Positions 9,599 through 20,319 of a stretch of DNA of 31,567 nt are shown one piece after another. A program made the translations under genes and the position numbers. Origin of the DNA: Catajapyx aquilonaris (lineage: Eukaryota); the NCBI GenBank assembly GCA_000934665.2, contig KZ538242.1, positions 62,001 to 93,567 of the forward strand, read 5' to 3'. Every line of letters begins with the position of its first letter. Within the stretch, counting starts at the first letter, position 1. The notes below the pieces were generated by a model. That model was not told the DNA's origin, ran no database searches, and saw only the letters and a program-made list of their open reading frames with translations.

Positions 9599-11505
9599 AT
9601 GTCTCCGGTAACTCTGGAGTCTCTGATGGAAGTCTCTCTAGGCAACAGGAGGCTTCTGGAATTGTTGGTCTCCAGGATGGACTGGTGTCAGGAGGCCATC
9701 GGAAGGATGGAGGGGTGGATGAAGCAGCATGGATGGGAACAGCCAGAAGGTGAGGTTCCGCAAGACTAGCGGAAATGTAAAAAATGGACATGCTGCGGAA
9801 CGGTGTGTAAATCTTGTCAATTTCAGATGCTGCATCAAGCATGAGCCTTCCCGAAGAAGTAAACCCTACCTGCCTTGATGGTGAAAGTGGCAGTCCAATG
9901 CCTGCATGTTATATCAAAGTGGAAAAAGAGGAGATTGATTCAGAGCAGGTGAAAATAAAATCTTTAGCAATTACGTACATTCTGTCCAAAGCATGCAAAG
10001 GTCCAGGCTGAACGTGACTTTGACAACATTGCACAAGATGTGGAAACCTCGACTATGTTACGGAATTTCTTAACGTATCCAATTTTTTCCCCCCCAGGAG
10101 ACGTGGAATCCTGCCTTGGAAGCAGAAATGAGCGGAAACATCAGCCTTTTAAGCCATGCAGATGAGGCAGTTGGGAATTTAGCAAACGCAAGTAAGGTTA
10201 CATCACTTGCGCAATTCTACGAAAGTCATTTGAGTCCATGGAGACAGCTAATACGAATAGAACCATAATATTTAGATGGTAGCAATGTTTATGGCTTTCA
10301 ATTCAAGTTTTTCTTTTGTCGTGTCTCAATAGGCAAGGAAGAATCCTTTGTACCTTCGCATAGTGAAAGCCGGCATCAGGAGGTCTTTGCGCTCTCATCA
10401 CATCAAGAGGGAGCTTTCCTCCAGGAAGATGAACTCATGGACAGTACAAACTTCCAGGTACGAGAAAACTACACCTTTTATTTCCATTTCAATGTGACTG
10501 TTTGCCAATCTACTTTCAGCAGGGTGAGATTGACGTGTCCGAAACAGAAGACGCCCCAGCTGATCATACGCACACTGAATCTGGTGACGGCATGCTTGGG
10601 AGAGGAAATCAAAATAAACCAGGGAAGGTATACATGCCAATCTTTTGCATGAAATATGATTCATCAAAATAATGTCGTAAGTCTTGTCATAACCATAGTT
10701 ACTAATAATTAACTATGGTTATGACAAGACTTACGAGTTAATTATATTAGTAACTATGGTTACTACCAGTTACGGCAAAAATTTGACTGACGACATTTGA
10801 TGAATCCACCACCAGTATATTAAAAATAAAAATAATTATTGTTCAGGAATTTTGCAACTTTTGCTCTGGTGTTTTAGTAATTTTTTGCACAACATTTGGC
10901 AACAATGCCTGCACTTTGCAGTTCAACATTTTGCCCTTATTTTGCATTCATCAAGCCTGTACGGTGCTTTGTATTTTTTTTTTGTATCCCTTTTGAAGCA
11001 AATTCGGACTTTAGAAGAGCGTCTGCACCTCATACGAGAAGTGGAGACCAACCCGTGGGAGAAGCTGACTGACATATCCAAGCGACTAGGCCTTCCATCA
11101 TCAACGCTACGTTCAATCATGGCAAGGAAAAGGGAGACCAAGCAGCAGGCAGAAAAGTGCGGCTCATCCGCCACGAAAAGGAAGAACAGCAAGCAGTCGA
11201 CTTACGGCGCGTTGGAAAGGGTCCTCTTTCCCTGGTATCAGCAGGCCCTCGCATCAGGCATTCCCGTCAACGGCAACATGGTGCGGGAAAAAGCGCTGGA
11301 AATAGCCGCAACAATGGGGATACACAATTTTTCTGCATCAAACGGGTGGATCTGCCGGTTCAAGCATCGTCACGGACTCATGTCTTATAAGTCGGGCGCG
11401 GACAGTGCTGCGGTGGACGTTGAACCGCCGGACTGTTCAGACTCCCTTCAATTGCAAGGAGAAACTTATTCCAGATGGAAATGTACCGAGGAGGAACCTA
11501 ATTAA
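9599..11505 (+). CDS. Gene 4: N-terminal helical domain fused to a pogo/Tigger (CENP-B-type) transposase DNA-binding domain (about 368 aa, 6 exons)
   Basis: Exons 9599-9749, 9827-9948, 10098-10191, 10333-10457, 10520-10627 and 10999-11505 are in frame. The last exon encodes a psq-like HTH (TLEERLHLIREVE...ISKRLGLPSSTLRSI) plus a CENP-B HTH (LERVLFPWYQQ...IPVNGNMVREKALEIA...FSASNGWICRFKHRHGL). AATAAA near 11545. Confidence 0.85.
10658..10806. repeat. Nested inverted repeat or fold-back MITE in gene 4 last intron
   Basis: Perfect 27-bp arms at 10675-10701 and 10710-10736; inverted copy of the centre at 10737-10762; outer arms gattcatcaaa..atgtcgt / acgacatttgatgaatc. Confidence 0.75.
10999..11505 (+). 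CDS. Gene 4 terminal exon: CENP-B/Tigger-type double helix-turn-helix, no DDE domain
   Basis: Phase-0 acceptor cccttttgaag at 10998; motifs as above; the ORF stops before any catalytic domain. Confidence 0.88.
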   Translation, partial: QIRTLEERLHLIREVETNPWEKLTDISKRLGLPSSTLRSIMARKRETKQQAEKCGSSATKRKNSKQSTYGALERVLFPWYQQALASGIPVNGNMVREKALEIAATMGIHNFSASNGWICRFKHRHGLMSYKSGADSAAVDVEPPDCSDSLQLQGETYSRWKCTEEEPN

Positions 11506-11583
11506 TATTGTAAGTTTTGTACCTCTTTTTTTTTCTCTCTCTTCAATAAAATTTTAAACAGCCCGCCTTCTAATAACACCCGT

Positions 11584-11650
11584 AGGAACGTACCCTCTGA
11601 ACAGTTCCAGCCGCGGATAGCAACACGCCCTTTTGGACAAAATGGCGACT
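11584..11650 (+). promoter_or_regulatory. Gene 5 core promoter with YY1/Pho-type motif
   Basis: GGAACGTACCC..GAACAGTT, then CAAAATGGCG at 11638-11647. Confidence 0.6.
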
Positions 11651-11791
11651 GATCACTCACACGACAGTTGATCTGAAGATTTCCTTTTACATTTTCCATC
11701 CCCTTTTCCTGCAGTTCCAACTCCAAGCATTTGATCAGCATCATCTGGACCAGCATTTCAACATCCAACTGGACCCAAAGGTGCAAAAGCC

Positions 11792-13600
11792 ATGGTCACC
11801 CTGGAGTCTCTGATGGAAGTGTCTCTCGGCAACAGGAGGATTCTGGAATGTTTGATGTCCCGCATGGACTGGTGTCAGGAGGCCATAGGAAGGATGGAGG
11901 GGTGGATGAAGAGCAGGGAAGGTACGCAAGGTACGGAAGGTACGCAGGATGGAAGTGGCGAGCCGATGCCTGCAGATGATATCAAAGTGGAAACGGAGGA
12001 GTGGGAGTCGGAGCAGGTGAGAAAAGTACCATCACTCATAATGTATGTACTATTTCAAATGTGTCTTTTTCACGTATTGTTTGTCAGGTGACGTGGAATC
12101 CTGACTTGGAAGCAGAAACAGCGAAAAACATCAGGGAAATTTCCACTCTCTTAAATTGCGCAGACGCAGCAGATTGCAGTTCGGCGAACACAAGTATGGA
12201 ACTTCAATTATTATAATTGCATTTAGAGCGTACCACCACATGAATAAGAAAGCTTTTGAGACGACAGCTAGACGTTCAATTGCGATATTTTTGTGGAAGG
12301 AAATAAAACATTTGATGTTGTTACAGGTAAGCAAGAGCCGTCCACATCGTTGCAGAGTGAAAACCATTCGGAAGAAATTCTTGGACTTTCCGTGCACCAT
12401 GAAGCAGCCTTTCTTCAGGAATCTGAACTCGGTGGCAATGTGAAGTTGGAGGTAGGGAACAAAATGCGTATGTCATGTTCATCGATCGCAATTTGAGATC
12501 TTTCCCGATTAACTTTCAGAAGGATGATACCCAGCCTTGTAGCTCCTACGAAGAATATGTCCCAGCTGATCAAATGCAAGAAGGCTCGAATGATGGCACA
12601 CACACGAGAAGGAAGAGAAACAGGCCGGGAAAGGTATGTTTGTCGTGCACATTGAATGAGAGGTTCGTAATCATGTAATCATTGTAACGAGAATAATCCA
12701 AGAAAGAAGTCACGGTTGCATAATTAATTTTTGGTCATTATGAGATATTTTAAGCGGGTATTTCAGTTCTCAGGCGTAAATATTTCCCCCTGTTTAGTAC
12801 CATTTAGTTCCGCTTTCAAGAAGTTGTTGCTGCTCCGAGCAATGCGTCTAGTTTGATAAAAAATTATTAGATCAGGTAATTGAAACAAAGCAGTAAAAGC
12901 AGCATTGCTTACTTCCCTGATAGATGATAGATCTAGTCGAAATTGGCCGTGGAGTATTCATACATTTTTTTTTTTTCAGGACAAGATCAGTGTGCAAGCA
13001 ACTGGAAGCGATCAACAGTATGACGACCATGGAGCCTCGGCTGACATGGATATGGGAAACAGTCAAGAGCCGCAGAAAAATAAGAAAGGCATGTACCAGT
13101 GCAGCATTTGTTCATATCAGACTTACCACATTTCGACGTTAGCCAAGCATAAAACTTCTCACAGCAAGGAAAAGCCGTACCGATGCAGTGTTTGCGAAAA
13201 GCGATTTACCATAAAGCATGCGTTCATACGGCACTTTCAGGCTGTGCATCTCGAGGATAAGCCTTATTCTTGCGACATATGTCAAAAGGGATTTATTAGG
13301 AGGGACAGACTGGAGCAGCACAGAGGAATTCACACAGGCGAAAGGCCGCATTCATGTCAAGTGTGCAACAAATCCTTCACTTCACATACCTATTTGAAGA
13401 CTCACATGGTTACTCACAGCAACGAGAGAAAGTTGTTTACCTGCTCAAGTTGTGACAAATTCTTCCAGTCGAAACATGCCTTGGTTTTACATATGAGGAG
13501 TCACACAGGGGAAAAGCCGTATGGCTGTGACATATGCCAGAAAACGTTTGCTCGACGCGGTGTAATGATTCGCCACAGGAAAAGCCACACTGGAGAATAA
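11792..13600 (+). CDS. Gene 5: N-terminal helical domain plus 6x C2H2 zinc-finger protein (about 396 aa, 5 exons), close paralog of gene 3
   Basis: Exons 11792-12016 (fused exons 1+2), 12088-12193, 12327-12451, 12520-12633 and 12980-13600 are in frame; fingers are collinear with gene 3 ([16 protein letters not shown]). Confidence 0.9.
12980..13600 (+). CDS. Gene 5 terminal exon, six C2H2 zinc fingers
   Basis: Acceptor poly-T cag at 12979 is in frame with ORF 12905-13600. Confidence 0.92.
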   Translation, partial: DKISVQATGSDQQYDDHGASADMDMGNSQEPQKNKKGMYQCSICSYQTYHISTLAKHKTSHSKEKPYRCSVCEKRFTIKHAFIRHFQAVHLEDKPYSCDICQKGFIRRDRLEQHRGIHTGERPHSCQVCNKSFTSHTYLKTHMVTHSNERKLFTCSSCDKFFQSKHALVLHMRSHTGEKPYGCDICQKTFARRGVMIRHRKSHTGE

Positions 13601-13886
13601 CCATAAACCATGATGTATGCCACACAGGGGATTAAAACGTAATGAGAAAAATTATGTCATGTAATATGAAGCAGAGTCAAGTCATTTTTATGGGTATTTT
13701 CTACTCTCATGTGGGTTTTCTTTAGGTTCTGCCATTTCTTTCCACTCGCACTCTGTTAAACCCGGCGGGATTATGTTCATTTCCTCTCGTATATTTCTCC
13801 TCCTCTGTACCTCATGGCTTCCCACGTTGCCAAAACGTTGTGACAAGTTGGTTGCAGAGAGAAGTGTATTACTGTGTCAGTTTTGT

Positions 13887-13999
13887 CAGACATTGGCAGC
13901 CGCGGCCCTGGCCAACTTCCATGAAGTTGGCCCGTGGCCTGGCCGTGGCGTTGCTAGGGGGCCCGTAGGTGTGAACCGTCGCGGCCGCGGCCAAGCCTG
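13887..13999. mobile_element. GC-rich degenerate MITE-like element (hAT-like CAG...CTG ends)
   Basis: cagacattggcagccgcggc versus gcggccgcggccaagcctg; sharp GC rise; no target-site duplication seen. Confidence 0.35.
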
Positions 14000-14709
14000 T
14001 CCCGTCTGCACGGCCCCATTAATTACTTGAGAGACCATGCCCATTTCATGTCACGGCAAGCTCTTAACAATAAGAAAATCAGTTGGCCTTGCGTGGCTGT
14101 CATGTGGGAGCCCAAGTCAATTGCTTCTTTTTTGACAATGACTTTGGGGATTCGCGATTGTCTGCTCTCTTCACCACAGGTTTCGACAAAACCATAGCAG
14201 AGCATGTAAATAGGTGTGAATTGTCAATTTACAGTGTGTGTTTGAATGTCATGCTTCGGCATAGGCCAAATTTTATTATTGCGGTGGGTTGTGTGTCACT
14301 GGAAAAAGGTGTGGGTTTTTTTTTTGTGTGTATATTATGATCGCAACTTGTGGCACAGGCCTTCCACGGCTGTTTTTTTGATAATTTAAAACAGTCATGA
14401 GCATGTATTGCCGACTTAATAAAAGGAGAGATAAATCCATGTATTGGCACAGATTATTACATAATTTACATGGCATTGCCAAATCCTAAACCACATCCTA
14501 TTTATTCCAATGCAAAATAATGATTATATAGTTGCATTGTCACATACGTGAAGCTATCAAAATTTAAGAAAGCAGACATCATACGCCTTTGTATTGTTGA
14601 AAGTAGGAGGCGATGGTCCAGCTACTATAGACAGTGTACATATTTCTCGGGGAAATACTTTTAAGGGATATGAAGTGATTGTGAATTGACATTCCGTTCA
14701 TCACGCCAG

Positions 14710-15167
14710 AGAGGAAGAGGAATGACTTGACCTTGGCCGACAAAGTAAAGGTCATCCAGATGCTCGACTTTCGTCCGAAGATGTCCCAGGCTGAAATCGC
14801 AAAGAAGTTCGGCTGCTCCCAGTCGCAAGTGTGCAGAGCCCACAAGAACAGGGAGGCCATCATGCAGCAGTGGGGCACAAATGGGAATCCAAACCGCAAG
14901 AGGAAGCGAGAGGGCAAGGATGGAGAAGTTGGAGACGCTCTTCTTCAGTGGTTTATGGAAACTGGAGGAAAGTCTGTACATTTGACTGGTCCCGTATTGA
15001 TGGAAAAGGCCAGATCCTTAGCAGTCAGCCTAGGCGATCCGGATTTCAAACCAAGCGAAGGCTGGCTGAGCAGGTGGAAGGAGCGGAACAATCTTGTGTT
15101 CAGAAGAGTACATGGTGCCAGAAAAGACTGTGGGACCTTCTCATCTGGGATTGACTCTGCCAGATAA
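14710..15167 (+). CDS. Orphan CENP-B/Tigger-type double-HTH exon, probably an alternative terminal exon
   Basis: Encodes xRKRNDLTLADKVKVI...SQAEIAKKFGCSQSQVCR...LLQWF...LTGPVLMEKARSLA...FKPSEGWLSRWKERNNL. There is an in-frame TGA at about 14682 with no ATG before the domain. Acceptor ttccgttcatcacgccag at 14709 (phase 1). AATAAA at about 15363. No DDE domain. Confidence 0.78.
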
Positions 15168-15727
15168 AGCCGCAGGTACCTGTTGGACATTTTTCACATT
15201 TAATATACGGAAAATATTTGAGGTGGTGTCCAGATTTTTCTAGTCAGCCGAAGCTGCATCGTCCAGCATCAGCTCATAAATCCTATGTACCTGTTTATGT
15301 TGTGAAAGTGAAAATCTCATTTAAAAATGTTCCAGTATTAATAATGTAAACATTTATTAGTGAATAAATAATAAATCTTTCCAGTTGACATTTTCTTTTG
15401 AGCTCTAATAAATGGTTCAACAGGACATGGGCAGGACGCGGAAAATAATCTGACGTGTCACTGAAGCTCAAAAATAATCGTTACATTCATATTAATTTTT
15501 AATAACCAAAGGTGATTCCCACGTTTAAGAAAAATCAATACTTTCCAGTGCTACCAACAGAAGCGAGTGCGCCATTACAGTTTATGAACCGCAAAAAGAG
15601 TTAAACGACTAGTTAAATATAATAGTCCGCATCATGCTGAAGCCGCATATGTTTTAAATGAGCATATAATTAATTAATATCAATATTTGAACCCGTAAAT
15701 GTCACAACCGAATTATATGGCAGCGAT

Positions 15728-15790
15728 GGGAACGCACCATCAGAACAGTTCGTGTGGCAGCCGCACGAATGCGATTCAAAGATGGCGTCC
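15728..15790 (+). promoter_or_regulatory. Gene 6 core promoter with YY1/Pho-type motif
   Basis: GGAACGCACC..GAACAGTT, then AAGATGGCG ending at 15787. Confidence 0.6.
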
Positions 15791-15902
15791 CTTTGAGCGT
15801 CGGTCGCGTCTGTTTTGACCTAGTTTTCCATCCCGACGCCCGCCGACGCTTGTTTGGGGCACCTTTTTTGGTTTCAAACGACGCTCCAGGTACATCAGAA
15901 CC

Positions 15903-18900
15903 ATGCTGAACATTCGAACCATGAAGTCCGTGAGTAGCGTAGGAGTTCAGGCCACATCTCCAGTGGATTTGGAGATGCTGATGGACACATGCTTGTCCAA
16001 CAAGTGTCTTCTGGAAGGGGTGGTGTCACAGCTGGGAGAGTGGAAGGAGGTCATGCGGGTTCTGGGCGAATGGGTACGGCAAGCACAGGGTGAGTCACAT
16101 TGCGAGGGGTCATCATTGCGACTTGATTGGGGTTGCTTTTCTTTATTAGCTGCTGAAGATGGTCCTGGAAGACACTCTGATGTTGGCGGGCCAGAGTGCA
16201 CAACCAACACCGAAGTGCACGTGAAGGTGGAACAGACGGATGAGTTGGAAGCGGGGCTGGACGCAGGAAGTTCGGTAAGGTTGCCTACTAGAGAGCCACG
16301 CGCTCATGGCTGGACACGCCAACTGGAAATGCTCCACATATGTTATTGATACTGTCGTAAGTTCATTCGATGGCAAATTAGATTAATGACCATAAAGGCG
16401 CATACGCACAGGCCGTCGACGAGAACTGAAACCAAAACCGTCGACGGCTTGTGTGAATGGGCCTTAAGGGAAGAAGTAAAATCACTATCAGCAGCGCTTA
16501 TGTTGTCAAAAAAATTATACCATCAGAAAAAATTATGATATGAACACACATAATTAGTAGATATTAGGACTTTCCTTTATATTTTTACAGGTAACAGAGT
16601 TTCAGTCCATCGGAGCTCAGACTGACATGAGAGAAACTGCATCTCTCGCAAGCCATGAAGAAGAATATGCAGTAGCTGGCACTATGTCAAACGCAGGTAT
16701 GTTATTTACGTGTTTATAGGTGGAGATCGTGATTGTTGATGATAATCGAGTGCTCAAAGCTGGAAGTTGCAGTGTCACGATTGGTGGCAGGCTATTGTTT
16801 CAGCGAAACATTGACCCCAATGTGAAGGTGTCGATTGGTATACAGCCGCACTTACATGTGAGCGATTAGATTGGCGACGTTGCAGCGATGTCACCAATTG
16901 TTTGGGGCGAAAATTCTCGGTGATGGCATCGCCAGTCAAATTGCTCACATTTAAACGCGGATTAAGGTGTCATTGTATTGGGTTCAATTGATTTTCACAG
17001 AGAGATAAATACATTTTGATAAAGCAGCACCTTTTATTTCCTAGTCGATTACACATTATTTGTGCATATTTATGTGTAAAGGTAAATATATAGCAATTTT
17101 CTCTCTACAGGTGGAGGCGAAGCCCTTAATTTGTCCTGTGAGAGAGTTGCCCATGGGGATGAGCCTGATGAACTTGCCGCATTACCTGAGCGAACAATTC
17201 AGCCAGAACTTGGAAGACGATTAAACATCAGGGTGAATGTAATATTCTATTTTTTTATATGGTTGGCAGCTGATGTAACATTGGATTTAATCTTTAGTAG
17301 TACACTTACTGCATTACTCTGCAAATAGTGGCATGAATATATGAAACATGGTTGAGCAGGAGAGTGGTAATTATTTTAATAAGAAGTTAGTGTCAATTGT
17401 AATATGGAAAACCAAGTGAACATGGAGTACTGCAATCACTGCGTAATGCATGGTGCACCAAAATTACATGTTCAGCAGCTTACAAATTATGCAAAATTTT
17501 GATACGTATGTATAAAACTATGTGCATGTTTCCAACAGGCAACTAGCCCCTTCCATGGCCTAGCCAGCTGCTCAAACGTAATAGTGAAGCAGAGGAAGAA
17601 AAGTACTGTGAGTATTCATACGGGGGACATACAGACCATCGTTCTGAATTGATGGAATAATTTTTATTCAGTGGCTCCTTTTCTCATGCTGGATATTACA
17701 GGTCTCTGCTGCTGGAACCTCAAACGACTGTGGACCAGCTGAAGCGAATGGAGCATCTGCCGAAACGGGCAGCCCAGCAGGCATACCAAAGAGACGTTTC
17801 TCTATGAGACAAAGAGTTGTGGTGAGTGATGGGTGGCCACAAAAGTGATCCGTTCCTTATTCTATGCAAAGCAGCACATTTTGTGGTAATTTTGAAATTC
17901 GCACATCTTTTTTTTTCGGTAAATCTATCATTACTGGAGTTGGATTCAGATGAACTTTCACCTGTCTTCTGTTACCCCCCAGATGACCGCTTCTGCAATC
18001 TCGGTTCAAAGCGAACCAGCAAATGGTGAAAGAGGCGTCGCTGCAGCATCGACTGCTTCATGTGACATTCCCAGTTCGTCATCGAGAAGGGTCGTGAGAA
18101 GGCACACACTGCCTGTAAGTAAATTGATGAATCTCGCTAACTGGAAGTGCCAGCAATGAAACATATAGACGGAGGATTTGCGCCCACATTTGGCCCCTTG
18201 TGAATGGGGGGGAAAAAATGCATTCCTAGTAATTATATGGAAAGTTAGGCCAATCTTGGCATTTAATTAATAAATACACCTACAATAAAGAGGAATTCAA
18301 GATAATATGGATTTATACCAAACACATAAGCAATAATTTTCTTCCCACCTTTTTCCAGGGCAGCAACAAGCCAGAAGCAACTGAAGGCAACACTCGGACC
18401 ACCTATTTCTTTCGCAACAAGGAGAGTGTTACGCCATCTGGATCGGGCACTGGAGAAAGCAAGAAGCTGGAAGAACCCAACAAGATGCACCAGGGAAAGC
18501 TTAACCATACTGAAAATAAGTCGCACCATGCAAGTCATCAACTGAAACGCGGGGGCTATTCTTGCAATTCTTGCAAAATTAAGTTTACAAGGAAGGATAA
18601 CTTATACAGACACTACGACTCCATCCATAAGGGTCTGAAGCCTCTCTCCTGTGACACGTGCGGTAAGAAATTTTTGGAAAAAAGCGGATTGGAGGATCAT
18701 AGGAGGACTCACACTGGCGAGAGGCCTCATACATGCAAGGTGTGCGAAAAGACCTTCACTACCAGAAGTAACTGGAGGGAACACATGCGCATTCATGCAG
18801 CTAAAAGAAAATTATACACATGCTCGATTTGCAAGAAAGTTTACACACACAAAGCCAGCTTCATTGCACATGGGAGGAAACATACTGGCGAGAAGCCATT

Positions 18901-19063
18901 CTGTTGCGAAGTATGTCAGAAGAAGTTTAGGGATGCCAGGTTCTTGCATAAGCACAGGAGAATCCACACGGGGCAGAAACCATATGCTTGCACCATATGC
19001 AACCAAAAATTTGCTCAGTCGCACAGTAGGAAGCGCCACATGAGAGTTCACGAAGGCACGTAA
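15903..19063 (+). CDS. Gene 6: divergent family member, N-terminal helical domain plus 6x C2H2 zinc fingers (about 521 aa, 8 exons)
   Basis: Exons 15903-16089, 16150-16274, 16591-16696, 17111-17232, 17539-17607, 17702-17821, 17983-18114 and 18359-19063 are in frame. The N-terminus SPVDLEMLMDTCLSNKCLLEGVVSQLGEWKEVMRVLGEW aligns with the family motif. Exon 3 is again 106 nt. Confidence 0.88.
16396..16464. mobile_element. PIF/Harbinger-type MITE (69 bp) in gene 6 intron 2
   Basis: TAA on both flanks; imperfect TIRs aggcgcatacgcacaggccgtcgacg / cgtcgacggcttgtgtgaatgggcct. Confidence 0.7.
16844..16962. mobile_element. Degenerate Harbinger-like MITE in gene 6 intron 3
   Basis: Imperfect inverted arms of about 33 bp: ccgcacttacatgtgagcgattagattggcga / tcgccagtcaaattgctcacatttaaacgcgg. 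Confidence 0.55.
18359..19063 (+). CDS. Gene 6 terminal exon, six C2H2 zinc fingers
   Basis: Acceptor ctttttccag at 18358 is in frame with ORF 18485-19063. Confidence 0.92.
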   Translation, partial: GSNKPEATEGNTRTTYFFRNKESVTPSGSGTGESKKLEEPNKMHQGKLNHTENKSHHASHQLKRGGYSCNSCKIKFTRKDNLYRHYDSIHKGLKPLSCDTCGKKFLEKSGLEDHRRTHTGERPHTCKVCEKTFTTRSNWREHMRIHAAKRKLYTCSICKKVYTHKASFIAHGRKHTGEKPFCCEVCQKKFRDARFLHKHRRIHTGQKPYACTICNQKFAQSHSRKRHMRVHEGT

Positions 19064-20319
19064 AAAGCATGACGACAGTTTCTGTACCGGAAGCTCATTT
19101 AAAGGAGCAGATGATCGACCTTCGACTTACAGTCCCATATTTATTGAGAGTAACTTGGACTACTATTATTTGCACCAAGTACAACATAAAATTAAAATGT
19201 GTAATGACATCTCAAAAGGAAGAACTGTTTGGTCAGTACGATTTTTATGTACGAAAAATCAACATTGCTCTATAACTGTGATGTTTAGCCACCGTGTGAT
19301 ACACTGTCAATTTTAAAGATTTTTGAGACATGCATTTTGCAGATATTATGTCACACACTCTCACCAGCAACTATTCCGTCCGTTCTAAGTCCCCATATCG
19401 CCTTTCATGCCAAAATTTATTGGCAAAATGTTGTGACTGTACTGTATGTGTATACTGCATTAATTAGATTTTCTTACTATGTATTGTGATTTCCAATTGT
19501 ATTTTTTAAGAGTCAGCTAGTCATATGATATCAAAAAATTTCGCAAAGGTTGTTAAATGCATTTAATTCGATTTTCTTGCAATGTACTGTGTGGTTTCTG
19601 ATATTGTATTTTTAAGTAAGCTAGTCATGTGATCAAAAAAATTGCACCGATTTTTCCACAGTTTTGTTAAATGTGTGAAGTCACAACCCACCGAAGACAG
19701 TCGAGTGTGAAGTCACTGTGTTATTAGCTTAGTTTGAGTAAAATTTATGCTAATTACAACTCACCCCTGTAATGGTGCCTTAAAAATGTTTTAGTGCCAT
19801 ACATGACAACGTGGGTTTTCTAATGTTAAGTCACAGCCAATGCTTCAGGTTAATTGCAGGAGTGAGTGGTATTTAGGATTCGTCTTTATTGATAAAGATG
19901 TGAGCTCATTTATGAGACATACGGCGTATTCATGAGTTTTTTTGGGGGGTGCTCTTTGATGTAGCTACCTGGATTCGAGTTACTTAATTATGGAAAAAAA
20001 AAATTGCAGTGAAAATAAATCGCGAGGTTAGGTGTCGAAATTGTGCATTCTTCCATTCCATCTCGATAATGACATGTGAAGTATGTCCTTCAAAATTGTG
20101 AATCCATGTAGTTGTGATGGTGTGCAGGGCACTTCTTTTCTCCAACTCCAAAATTTCCCAAATTACTGGTTTTCGAAGTGGGCGGGGATCAGCAGCGGGA
20201 GGGGGAGAAGGGATGAGGGAGACTCCACTGCTAAACTGCTTTCAGAGGCCAGACATGTAGCAGAAGGAGCAGTCGTATTGAAATAGAAGAGACGGCTACT
20301 GCCCATGTAACGCAGCTCT

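Noticed and set aside
10852..11505. Stand-alone 217-aa Tigger transposase gene
   Set aside because: The first 49 codons are T-rich intron with a TTG start; no DDE domain or TIRs; it fits as the spliced last exon of gene 4.
14579..15190. Overlapping ORFs or an autonomous transposon around the second HTH
   Set aside because: The other frames are shadows; no catalytic domain or TIRs were seen.
19479..19673. Degenerate direct repeat of about 100 bp downstream of gene 6
   Set aside because: AT-rich two-copy local duplication with no evidence of function.
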